Below, piece by piece: positions 12,087 through 25,024 of a stretch of 64,000 nucleotides of DNA. The position numbers and the translations under genes are program-made. Position 1 is the stretch's first letter; each line of letters opens with the position of its first letter. The stretch comes from Lama glama (lineage: Eukaryota). The notes below the pieces were generated by a model. It was given only the letters and a program-made list of their open reading frames with translations. It was not told where the DNA came from and did not search any database. The stretch is taken from assembly GCA_028534125.1 (NCBI GenBank), contig CM052817.1, forward strand, positions 82,896,001 to 82,960,000, read 5' to 3'.

Positions 12087-15000
12087 TACAATTTTTTGAA
12101 CATTTGATTAAATTAGTAGACAAATAAATAGTAAGAAAATTCTGGGAAAAAAATCCAGCATTTTTCCTGATGAACAGTCTCTCTTCTCATCGTGGGTCAA
12201 TTCAGTCAATTTGGCCTCATTAGCTATGCACATAGGTATGTGTGCAATTTTGATTTTTCTGTCCAAATTGAGCAACCTAAAGCACAAAATAAAAAGGCAG
12301 TAAGCTGTCAAGCTGTACTTTGTAAGCACAGACTTAATGACAAAGAAGATTTTGCCTGCTTGTCTAAATCATTCTGAAATTCCAAGCATGTGAGATTTTT
12401 CCTGGTAATTTAATCATAATATCTTTGGAGAAATTTCCAGTTACTTTGTATTTACTGAAAATTTTCATGCAGATAAAATTCTTAAGACAACTTTGAGAAA
12501 TTAACTTGTGGATGGAAATGGAATGTGTTTTGCAAGAGTGCAGATGAAAAAACAAAACCTAAGAACTGATAGGTATTATATTTTATTTTAAGTTATATGT
12601 TTCCCCTCCCAAGGTCATATTTATCTGGATCATAAAATAGAATTATAGAATGTAAGAGAGCCAAATTTAAATTAACAAAATAATCTGAATTTTTAAGCCC
12701 TCCAGTAATTGTTATTAGTATCTGTGTGCAAAAACAAACACTTCTCTGAAATACATCTAGGTGCTAGACAGTCCAAAAGAGAAGTTTTAGTTGTGTAATT
12801 TAGCCTTATGTGTTCTGAGGGAGTTAGCCAAAGTTGAAATAAAATATGTGTGTGCACTTAAGTTTCATACTGAAGGTGTGTAAAAATTGTTTTGTTTATC
12901 CTAACCAAATTTTTTCAGCCCTTTAGCCTGAAAAAAAGTTTAAAACAAATTGTTTATATGAGAATGATTTTTTTTAAAGAGTTAAGCTAGAATCCCCACT
13001 GACGTAATTACTTTGAGCCCACTCACCCCTCACCATACCAAAAGCATCCACTTTTTTTTAAGGTCTGAGAATAGATTCACACACTTGTAACCTTCCTTCA
13101 TGGTCTGTCCCTTCCACCCATGAGGTGAAAATAGAAGGTTCAACCCTAAAGCACAGCAAGAACTCTGAAGAAAGATGTGGGGTCAGATCCCTGAAAATTC
13201 ACCACTTCTATTTGCTGTGAGGTAGTACTGTGTTTCCTCCCATGACACAGAAGTTCCTCCCTTCCTTGCCCACCTATCATGCACAGTCAATGTTCTACAT
13301 TTTGCAGGTTTCACATAACCTTTGAAAAATCTATTTGTGAAACCCTTGAAATTTACTCTGTGGTTCTATGAACAACCATCACTGGGACTTGGACATTAGG
13401 TTAGGCACTAAGTATTTAATAAGTCAATATTAGGTATGTAGAAACAACTGAATCCCTCATATCCAGCATATTTGAGATCAGTCATTGGTAAGATCATTGA
13501 AAAGGAAGTTAAATCTGGAAATCATAAAATAAGTGATATAACTGCAACTTAAACATTTAACTTTAACTTAAAACACAGAAATGCATGTCATTCTGCAATG
13601 CAGGAGTAAGGCCATTTCTTAAAGAATGGGTCTGCGATCTGCAGTTTCTTAATTTTTTTATCATTATATGCAAAATGCCCCATCTACTACTGCCACTTTA
13701 AAGAGAAACTAGAATGCATCAAAAGAAACGCAAGACAATTTAAATGCAAAAGCCTTCTAGCACTTATAACAATTCCTAACAATCTAACAATCACCTCTTC
13801 CTAACAATCATAACTTTTCAGGTATACAATTTTATTGCAACTAACCTTTATGTAATCTTTCAAACCATGCTACTTAGCTTTTATAGTAGTAATTATTTTT
13901 GGCCACTTTCATAGTTCATTGACTTATGCAATATTCAATATAGCAGATGCCACTGATAGGAGTTTGGAAAAAACACTACTGACTCATACCAGGCATACAA
14001 ATAAAGTGGCAGGAGCAGAAATGCAGAGTTTTCAATAGGCTAAAGGCTCTAATCAGTACGTTACAGAGAAAATGGAGAACTTTAGTTAATCCAGTAGTTG
14101 GTTAAGGGTAAACCATTTAAGCCAATTGCTATTGCACTTATCAAAGTCATCAGTTTAGGTACAGATTGGAAAATAGATTAAATTTCTTTCCTATATGATT
14201 AGATCTCCTAGGGTAGAACTTGATACATTTTTCAACCACTGGATTGAAGTAACTATTATTTTATTGAGATCTGAATTGAAGGAGAGGGAATAAGTGTAGT
14301 AGAAAGAAAACTAGAATAGAAAATAGAAAAAATTGAAACCACATCTCCATCTCTTCCCAGCCTTGGGAATATAAAAGAAAAATAATGATCTATTGCACAA
14401 ATTTGATGTGAAAATATAAAGATATAACACATGCTAAAGTGTTTTTTAATCTTCCAAATATTGTCCATATACATTTTAAAAAATAGTATTATGCTATTTT
14501 GTCTGTTGCTTAAGTTTCCTAGCAGATTATAGTAAATGGTTGGTTTCAAAATATTTATTATATCAATATAGCTAATAAACAATTTGAAATATGATATTCT
14601 ATACATATATAAATAATCCCATAGTAGCACAAAATTTTTAAGCCAACTCTGAAAATATATTTAGTATAAACATGGCCAGAAATATTTTTAACAAATACTG
14701 TTATTACAATCAAATACAAGAAATAAGCAAAACCCACTATATCATGCACCCAATTCAAGGTTCTGAAATTTGGTTATTTGGAATTTGTAATTGGATTAAT
14801 GATTCTGTATTTCAGTCATAACATTTACATAATTTCTTTGCAGACACTGAATTTATGCTCATTCACCATAAGAGGGAACATTCATTTCCACTGCATTATG
14901 TATGTTGGTAAACTCTAAGGCACAAAAATCAAGTTAACAGTGCTTCCATTGTAAGTCTTTTATCACGTATCTGCACATCAGATTTCAAAAACCAAGGACT

Positions 15001-16069
15001 CATGTTGAAATTGGCTAATAACCAAAACACTCACTGTCAAATTAACTGTTCCCATCTGAGGTGATAAATGGAGAGTTCATAACTGTAAACCATGGCATAT
15101 GAAAAATAGCTCATTGACATCTGTTCTTAACATCTGGCTTTTTAATCGATGCACCAAAGCAAATGGGATATGCAATTCTACTTGCCCCTCAAAAATTAGC
15201 CTTTGTGATCCTTTCTGTCTGAATTACATGCCCACATAGCTCTACAAAATAAAAGAGTTTACTGTTATATTAGTAAAGGCCAAGCACTCAGGTCCATGCA
15301 CGTTTTACACCTATCCTTTGTTTAGCAATAACTTATTACTGGCAATATCATGAGACAGTATTAATGTAAGCCCTCTCCCTCAGGAAAGGCAAAACAAGGG
15401 CCACACTATTCCCTCTCCCTGTCCCCGGCTCCTCAGGAAAAACAAAGAAAACAACACATATACACATATATATAGTTTCTCAAAGCGTTCTTTATAGAGA
15501 GACATTTTTAAACCAGTTATGTATTCATTACCAGCAAACACTAAGAAGCGACTTCTCCATAAGGTTTTCAAACTCACTTAATATAAAATAGACATAAAAT
15601 CGAAATGTGTATTGGCAGATTTACTATAATGTTTACTACAAATGCAACAGCAAAGTGATATACACATATACGAAAATAAAACCGAGTCAAAGAATGTGCT
15701 GAAAATGGCTGCACTGGTGACTAATGTGTTTGTGCCAAGAAAACACTCAATGAGTATGAAGACAATCCTCAAGGACTCCAACACAACATTTGGTTTATAT
15801 GGTTCATTAATAATATGAATAATATAACTAATTCATCCAAGAATAATGTATGTAAAACATTGTTAAGTAGTTCAATGAATCAGATTGTCCCAAGTTTGCA
15901 TAATGATGTATGTATCCTCAGGAAACAGACAGACTACAGAACATTCAAATCATATCTTTCGGTCTAACTTTTAAGTTTATAAGCATGACTGAATGGTCAA
16001 AGTGGCTCATACCTTCTAGTCTCTACTAGTCCTACTTTAGAGAGACTGATCTAAGTTAAGTGAAGTTAT

Positions 16070-16915
16070 GTATTTATTAAGACCTTGCAGTGCCCTCAAC
16101 ATGCCAGACCCCATGCAAGCACCTAAGAATGCAGTAAGTGAATCTGCAGGGCACTTAGTTTGATAGAGTCAAGCAAAATAGCAATTCCCTGTAGTGTGAC
16201 AACTGAGAGTAAAAGGAAGTACCCTGTCCTAAATGAAGGACTACCTAACTCAAACTAGGAGAGTAGGGGAGGCTTCCTGAATGAACTGATTGCTAAGATG
16301 AAAACAGAAACTTTTTTTTTTTTTTTTGCTTAAGCAAGGAGGAGAAAGAGATAAATTGGGAGTTTGGGATTAGCCAATACAAACTACAATATACACACCA
16401 GATAAACAACAAGCTCCTATTCTATAGCACAGGGAACTATATTCAATAACTTGTAATAACCTATAATGAAAAAAGATACAATAAAGAATATATATATATA
16501 AAAAATATATATATATGTGTATGTATAACTGAATAGCTATGCTATACACCAAAAACACCACAACACTGTAAATCAACTACACTTTAATCTAAAAAAAATA
16601 GGCAAGAAGTAAAGCAGTGTGTGTGCTAGGTGGAGGGAACAGTGGATCTGCAAGAGAATGCCTAGTAAGAAAAAAATTAAAAGAAGCCATGATATGGAAG
16701 AATCATACCATGAAAAAGAGGAAGAAGTGTGAAATAAAGCTAGAAAAGGAAGCAGCCTGGAGAAGATATATACGACTCTGTACACTCAGTTAAGAATTTT
16801 GGACTTTATCCAAAGAGCAAAAGAAAGATTTTAGCAGGAAATTGACAAGATATGATCTGCGGTTTTGAATGACCCCCATAGCTAATGTATGGCAAGAGGA
16901 TTGGAGAGGGAAAAA
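16070..16915 (-). mobile_element. L2 fragment (antisense) split by an L1 insertion
   Basis: tatttattaagacc...gtaggggaggcttcctgaatgaactga, resuming after 16600 with ggtggagggaacag...taagaattttggactttatcc...atgatctg. Confidence 0.65.
16342..16598 (+). mobile_element. short cetartiodactyl-type L1 3' end
   Basis: gataaattgggagtttgggattagc...tatagcacagggaactatattcaataacttgtaataacctataatg...aaatcaactac plus an A tail. Degenerate TSD taagcaaggag (16331-16341) / taggcaagaag (16599-16609). Confidence 0.92.
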
Positions 16916-17169
16916 AACTGGAGATAATGATCACTGAGAATCACAATACTTTAGTAACACTTTTATTACTGAATATATGTGGTACCAGTCACTCCCCTGG
17001 GAAATTAAATTTGGAAAACTGCATTACATTAATCTGGTTTGTGTACTTCACTGATTTAGATGAAAAATAATGTGTTAGTATACAGAAAAGTACTGTGTAA
17101 AGTTCAGATAACTGTAACTCTCATTTTTCTTTCTTGGGAGGTTCCATGAGAAACTTACCTCAGGACTTT

Positions 17170-17608
17170 TGTATCAGCTAGCTATTGCTGAATTAAAAAA
17201 ACCACTACAAAATTCAGTGATTTAAAGCAACATTAATTTATAGCTCACAAATCGTAACACTGGAAATAGAGTGGTTTCGGTTGGGGGTCTCATTCCTGCA
17301 TCTGCGGTGTCTGACATCCTTCTATGGGGACTATGGGGTTCACACAGGCATGTCTTATGGCAACAGCAGATGTGCAAGACGGAGCAAGCCCACTCAAAGA
17401 AAAACGAGTTTTGAGATTCTGCTTGTATCATATAGGTTAACATGCCATTGGCCAAAGCAAGTAACATGGCTGAACCCAGGGTCTAGGATTAGCAAAGAAT
17501 GTCAGGTCAGAGTGGAAAGACTCCACAAAGTTACTTGGTCAAGAGCATGCTCACAGGAACCATGAAGAATGAGGTGAAGAACTGGGGTTAATGATGTAAT
17601 CTACCAAA
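17170..17608 (-). mobile_element. MaLR solo LTR (MLT1G/H-like)
   Basis: tgtatcagctagctattgctg...aaattcagtgatttaaagcaac...catgccattggccaaagcaagtaacatggctgaacccag...aatctacca. Confidence 0.8.
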
Positions 17609-19399
17609 ATTTAGCACCATGAGAAGTTGCTTGTCTTGTTTATCTTATGAACATAATACCTATATTAACTATCTTATTCTCTTTGTTTTGGCCACTATAA
17701 GAAATTGAGCTATATATTTGTAGCCACCATTAGTAATTGTGTAAAATTTGATTGCATTTTAATCAGCAGTGCCTAGCACAGTATCTGATGTATGGAAGAT
17801 ACTCAGCACATTTTTTCAATGTTCTTAAAAGAGTTTTTTGCACTTGAATTAAATAAATTTGACAAGTATATAAAAGTCCAAATCACTGCTGAAGTTTAAG
17901 AAAATAATTTAAATAAATGTAAAGTAAGAATATTAATTTTGCTATCAATTACTATTATTTTTTAATAATACTGTCCACTTCATTGGATCATTGTGAGGAT
18001 TAAATAAGAAAGGGTTTAAAATATTTACTGTGGGGCCTGGAACACGATCAACAACAAAAGAAAGTTACCCAACATTGATATTGGGGACCTTGACATTCCT
18101 CCTTTTCATACCGTAGAATGTTAGAGTTAGAAAGAAACTCAGAGGTAACAGCATTCCACCCAATGCAAAGTGAATTGTTTCTCCTTATGGCTTTCTTCCT
18201 TTTTGCATAGAGCAACAGAGAACAAATATACAATGAAGTATAGAGAAAATGAAATTTTAATTACTTTTAAAATTACTTTTTAATTACCTTACTGATGACT
18301 CTTAATACCCATACATGCTTTGGTTATAAGAGTAAAAAAAAAATACAGTATTATGAATATACACTTTTTATTTGAAACCAATATAGTAACAATTAAGGAT
18401 AATTTCATCATTTATTTATTTTATTATTTATTTACTCTATTCTTAGAAGAGGAAAAGAAGGAAAGAAGAGAACCAAAAACTATAAGAAAAAAGGAATAAC
18501 TATAAACAATACATTGGAAATGGAGATAATTATTTCGTACTTTTGTTAACATTTAATAGAAAGAAAATCATATCATATTGTTGTAACCTTGAAAAATTAC
18601 TCATGAAGGTAAATTCACTAACATGAGTGAACAGAATTTGATAGGCATCTTCTCCAATTGAACTTTTACCAGGATTTTTGTACTCTTAAATATTGATGGA
18701 GGCTTAATTTGGAAGGAAAGCCAAACAACAAGAAGCCTCTTCATTGTGCACATTTTCAGTGTCGTAGATTAGCACCATAATAAAAAGCTTAAATTTTATA
18801 TTAATTCTTTATTAAAATAAGATAGTACAAATAACTTGTAACCCACAATAAGTGAAGCACCAGCATCAAAAAAAAAATACTAAGGAGTAATTTCAAAGAA
18901 ACATAAATAAGTAGGCTCTGTAGACAAAGATAATGAAACCATTACTTCCAAATAATTGGCTGGAAGACCTCACAAAAGGCAATATTGCAAAACAATCCAT
19001 CATTAGCTGATGTACAAAAGTGTGAGCCTGATACAGAAAAAAACTTTTAGGTGTAGTACTTAACAATGCTTAGGGATTATGGAAACAATCCATATATGAC
19101 TTGATTGTTTTTGAGGGAGCACATTATTTCACACTCACCCTGATGTTCCCAGACTGTGTGACTCAGCGTCTGGCTTGGACTGTGCACAGCTGGTCACAAA
19201 ACCAGTGAGAGGCTTTGGCTTCAGAAGGCCTCAGGCTGCCTTGGCTTTAGGTATTTGGAAGTGGCCAGCCTTCCATGCCAAAAAGTCTCAGCCTTCTGTC
19301 TATTTTTAGCAGAATGTTTGAGCATTAGTACCTCAGACTGTCCCTCCTGTCTCAGGCATCCAACTTTTAACAAAGTGTTTCCCCGAGTGGTGGTCCATA

Positions 19400-19930
19400 G
19401 GCACTCATACACTGCTTGAGGGAATGGAAGTCAGATCAACGTTTTGGAAAGTAATTTGGCAATTTTTATTAACAACTTTATGAATTTTCTTGCACTTTGA
19501 TCCAAGTAAATTAACTTGTAGGAGTCTATGGTGGGGAGGTATATGGAGATTATATATGTATAATATATAGTATATATATTACATATTACATGTAAAGATT
19601 TGCTCACAACAATGCCAGTTAAAACCATATTCACACTTATAAAAAAGTGAAAGGTTAACTTAAATATCTCAAAATAAAGAAGTTTGAATTAATAAAGAAT
19701 ATTCACGTAATGGCATATCATACAGCCACAGAAAATGAAAATTTATAAAAGCCAGGGAAAAAAATGTATATTTTAAAGATAAAATAAAGAATAATTTCAA
19801 CTACTTATAAACATATATAGGAAAATATGCTGAAGAAAATTTACTTCAGAATATTATAAAAGGTACGTCCAGGCCATGGCAGTATGTTTGATGTTTAAAT
19901 TATTTATGTTTTCCTGTTTTTACAAAGATA
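19400..19930 (+). mobile_element. old L1ME-type 3' region
   Basis: gcactcatacactgct...ttttggaaagtaatttggcaat...actttgatccaagtaaattaacttgtagga...aatggcatatcatacagcc. Confidence 0.7.
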
Positions 19931-19967
19931 TATAAATAGTGACAAATGTGACCAGAAATCAGCACTG

Positions 19968-20076
19968 TTAGACCAATAATACTAATAAGTATGTCTAGTC
20001 TAATGAGACTAGTGTTTAGTCTAATAAAACTAATGTTTTATTAGTTTAGTCTAATTAGTCTAATAAGACGAATGTT
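19968..20076. repeat. degenerate ~21-bp minisatellite with internal inverted repeats
   Basis: Units tagtctaatgagactagtgtt / tagtctaataaaactaatgtt / tagtctaataagacgaatgtt. Confidence 0.8.
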
Positions 20077-23000
20077 CCTGTCATCGGAAGCAGGGGGATG
20101 AGAAGGGTACCTTGTCATTGGTCTGTCTCGCCCACAGAGGGTCCATCTGAAGGTGAAGAGGTGAGCTCCACTGGGTTATCAGCCCCTCAGGCTGATATGT
20201 AGTATGTAGAAGCAAATTATTTTTAGCACATCTGCTGTATCTTGCTCAGAGTGAAAAATTACAGTGACACTTGGAACTGAATCACTTCTACACTCAGCAT
20301 GAATAGAGGAGGGCAAAGTTTCTATTTATCCTCTAGGGTCACAATACTTGCATAAATCCATCTTGATTTCTGCTCTCTTTCCAAGGAGATATAATTACAG
20401 AGATAACTTCCCTCAGATAATCATGTGTTTACATTATAAAAGGATAGAAAACAAGCCCTAAAAAATTAAATAAATTCTCATTCAGCCAAGACCTCATATG
20501 TCAGACTTTCAGAAAGTTTCAATACTGTCTGGAATGTATAGGGCTGTTCTCTGTCTTCCACACCTTTGATGGTGCCCTGATTTTTCTATACTTCTTGGTG
20601 GTTCCCAGTAGTAGAATGTCTCTACTACATACAACACCCATCCAGTTGGCCTCTTCCCCAGACTGAGGGCTCCTTCAGCCTCTGACTTACATCTTTCCAA
20701 AAGGACATTTACACTTGCATGGTTTTTTCTTTACTTCATGAAGGAGATTAAATATATATATATATATTTACACACATATAATTTATTTTTAAAGAAGCTG
20801 AATGTCTTTCTTTTAATGAACATCTTAAATTTCATTATACATCCTAACAAGCCGATTAATTTTCCTCCATGCAAAATGTAATTAATTAATTAAAAATGCA
20901 CTTAAAAACAGATAAAGGTATATGCAAGCCCTGAACAGATATGTGTTGTATCTTAACTTCTCTTTGTTCTGCAGCTGTCATATGTACTCTCTATTCCAGC
21001 CATCTTGCACATGTTTGCTCTTCTTCACAATGAGAATTGGATGAAAGGGTATGGGTGAGTCAGTATAAATCCATTACAATTATTGGAAAAACAACTAAAG
21101 ACACATGGCCAACTGATGCTGGGTCAATAAAATCTTCTCCATATGTGCAGGGCATCCCACTTTTAAGTTGATTTTTTTTTCTTTAGCAAAAATACAAATC
21201 ATATTCATTTGAGGGCTCACATTTATTAAATTACTAGGGAAACTTTGGTCTGATATTTAAACACAAATAGCCAATGTTTAGAGATTCAAAGGTGAAATTT
21301 GATAATTACATTAAAGGTATAGAAGGGTAATATTACTATTCAGAAAGTTGAGAGTGCCTTCCTATATGTAAAGTAAATTAAAAATGACATCTTTGACTTT
21401 AACATAGAAGGAGGTTTATTCCATATGAAAACTCACTATAAAATATATAAAACATAGTCACTGTAAATTTCAAGTTCTAGTAAATCTATGTAACTAAAAA
21501 TATCTTTAAAGGGCATCATCCTAGAAATGAATGACTGATGCTCTTTTTTTGATTGCATAAAACTTTAGTAGTCTGAAGCATGTTTGATCTCATAAACCAG
21601 TAAACTTAACAAGACCTTGAAACTTCAAAGATTAACTTTACAGGGCCAAAAAAAAATGAAATAAAAGGAAAAATGAAATATATTTCAAGGCTGAAAACAG
21701 TCATGGAGTTTTGTTCTTGGGAAGGATAAACTGCATAATATAACAGATGTTGTATTTCCAAATAAGATAATATTGTTTCTGCTGGAGCAAATGTCTAAAG
21801 TTCCAAACACCAATGAACATTTTGAATGCCCTAACTACCAAAAATATAAATCAAGGAGCCAGGATTAATTAACGTAAGTCCTGCCTAATTTTCTTCTAAA
21901 TCATTAACTGTGGCTATGTGCTTATTTGCATATTTATAGTCAAGTTGAGGGTTAAAAACTCCTGAGATCAATTTTTGTAGTTTAGAAGCCAATTTAAAAC
22001 ATCCAGACTTTTTGATACAATATAAATTATGTACTATTTATAAGTCAATGTTCTTATTCCATTACCTAGTACTACACATAACATTTGCAGTGGTCTACAA
22101 TAATAACTTGTAGAATTGGGATATTAATCATGCTGTCTTATGATGGGTGTATTGATTATAAAAAGGGACAGATTTCGTGGTATCAATGAAAGAATTAGTT
22201 GCTTTAAAGAAAATATAGTAAATAGAAAAGTAAGCAGTTATGGTAAAAACAGATTTGTATTTTACTAGATAGCCAATAAGATGCCATAAAAAATGATTTC
22301 TCTAGAGTACTTACCACTATCAAAATTTTTCTTATTTGTTTCCTTTTTTCATTTTCTCTCTTTTACTCCTTCACACAAACATGTATTTCGTGCAAGCACC
22401 ACAAGAGTATGAAAATGTTTTGCTTTTCACTGTGTGTCTGTTTTAAACTATATCTTATGAATCTAAAAATAGTCATGAATATAATAGATATTAATGATTA
22501 TCTCAAAAATTGCAAACATACTCAAGAATTTTAAAAATATACATACAAATAACGTGTAATCTTTGACATACAGAATATTTGTACTGTTCATTTTGACAGC
22601 AAATAGTCACTTTACTGCTGTTGGTGAAATTTCACAAGAACTTTCCATAAATAAAAATCAGCAAAGTGAAAACAATTTTCTAACACCAGGACATTTACAG
22701 AACTATGCAGATCTTCTAGAGAAAATAAAACTAGCAAGGCTTGGCAATACCAATATTAACAATGAAGAAAACACAGTTTTGTCTGGAGAAAAATGAAAAT
22801 ATACTACACGCTGAGAAGATAAAATTGACTTTATTTGAATTTCTTATTTTCTGTACTTTAACTTTTAAATTAAGCCAACAATGGAAAAATACAGTAAAGA
22901 AAAATTACTGGAAAAGAAAAACATGACACACAATCTAATCATCTTAATACAACTACAATGTATTAAGACTGGATGTTCAACTATCATTGTTCAATTATCG

Positions 23001-23559
23001 TTCAACTCCATCCCATGTCTATTCTCTTTTCATTTCTCATATAAATATTAATTCCCAAAAATATGTTTTATAAAGAAAAATTGAGGAAATTTTACATCTT
23101 CATGGATTAATTTAAAAATTAAGACTTTTAATCATATATATATATTTAATCATATATATATGTTCATCATTCAATTCTATTTAAAATTTTACTACTCTAT
23201 TATTTTACTCTGGGATTACACACGTTTGGTCAAATTCTGGTTTTTCGTCCATTGCAGTAAATTAGACAGTTTTTGATGGCAATTCTTCCAGATTTCTATG
23301 GTTGTTGTCCCTGACACTGTGTCATTAGCCTGGACTAACCTGCCATATACTGCACAGCTCGTGACCATGGTAGAAATTGCCCTGAAGTCTTTCTTTTCCC
23401 TCCAGTTCTTGAAATCACTGTGTACCCTGGGTCTATTTGTGTTCAGACAATTTAACTTTGAACTTGTCTCTCTTTCTCACTTTGGATTGACTCTTCTAGT
23501 ATTTCATGTGGCTAAAAACACCTTATGTGTTTTCAATTTGAAATGGGTTAGGAAGTAAT

Positions 23560-23925
23560 TACTCATTTCCTCCACTGTCTCACACCTCCATTGGGTTTAC
23601 TCTCATAGCAGTGGATAGGACAGGCAGGGACTGGCCAAGTGTTAGGGCCACTTTATGTGTTTCCTCAATATGGTCTCTCCATCATGGTGCCCTATGGGTA
23701 GCCAAACGCCTTTTATTTCATCCAGAGTTCCAAAAACTAGTATCCTAAGAGGCCTGCAAAGTTTCCAGTGACCTCACCTATGAATTTCCAGAAGGTCATT
23801 TCTGCTTTAGCTTATTGATTATATGTCACTACTGCCATTCCAAGTGCAAGGGGAGAGAAATTAGAAACCACTTTATAACTCGGAGTAGTAGCAAAGAATT
23901 TGCAACTCTCTTTAATCTACCAGAA
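23560..23925 (-). mobile_element. MaLR LTR fragment (MLT1H/F-like)
   Basis: tggtctctccatcatgg...caagtgcaaggggagagaaattagaaaccact...gcaaagaatttgcaactctctttaatctacca. Confidence 0.7.
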
Positions 23926-24179
23926 TTATAAACTGGTGTCTTTTATTGAGCATTCCATCCAAAATAGTCACCCAGTGTATCTATCAATTACAGCATAAAA
24001 AATTATGTCATTTATTTCATTATATGATCTTCAGTGTTAGAGATGATTTCATTTTTTCTTTATTGTCATAGTGCCCAGGGAAGAATAAGCATTTAAAATA
24101 AAAATGTATTTATTGAATGAATGCTATTAAAAGTACCCACTGGAGACACAAGAATGATTTTGAAATTCTTCAAAATAAA

Positions 24180-24600
24180 TGACGCCATTAGTTTCATGCT
24201 TAACATAAAACGAATTTGAAATTCCTTAACCCTCTAGCTCAGTCATAATCTGGACTCTCATGATGTTTCTGGTCTTAACCCCCATCATCTCCTGACTTCT
24301 ATCCCTCTTCCATACCTTAGTGAGGCCAAAGTATCCCTAATTACCCATACTATGAATTTTCCACCTCCATTCTTATTTAACATATACTTAGGGTTTGATT
24401 TTTCTCTTTTGCCTGGTTAAATTTTATCTTTTAATCTGAAACTCAAACTCAAATATCACCTCTTAGTGAAGACTTCACCTAATTACTCAGCTGATCACTT
24501 GTACCTTTTGTTCCTACATCTCATCAATAATTATGCCTCAGCATTTTAGTTGTTTACTTAAGAACTGCCATACTTCACTGAAGGTGTAATTCCAGAAAGT
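24180..24600 (+). mobile_element. L2 3' region, degenerate
   Basis: gcctggttaaattttatctttt...actcaaactcaaatatcacctcttagtgaagacttc. Confidence 0.55.
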
Positions 24601-25024
24601 ATTCACAGTAGGCCCAAAGGATGAACTGACTTGGCTTTGAAATCTTGAAGAGGAGCCAAACTAATACGGCTCTGTGTCTAGTTTGGGCTACCTCTGGCTA
24701 GATTCCAGGCTATACTTCCTTTCTAACAAGGCTTGTGGGTTGGGATGGGATGCTCCTGAAGTAGAGTAGGTGTACATGGAGCTAAAGACAGTTACATGAC
24801 TAACAGTACAGCAAAGATTGTTTTTACTAAGGGGAGTCCCAATCACTCAAACTGAGAACACATCATCAGAGATCCATTTGGGAGACTAAGTCAGGTGGTC
24901 ATTATTCTATATCACTGCTTTCTGGCTTCCTACTTTACTTTAGTCTCACTTGGTAGCAAATCCACAGCCCCATCAACAGGTCGAATATTATTTACTAATC
25001 TTCATCTTGATCTCCTATAAAACA

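Noticed and set aside
19968..20076. CRISPR-like appearance of palindromic repeats
   Set aside because: No unique spacers, irregular period, no cas genes, and mammalian context.
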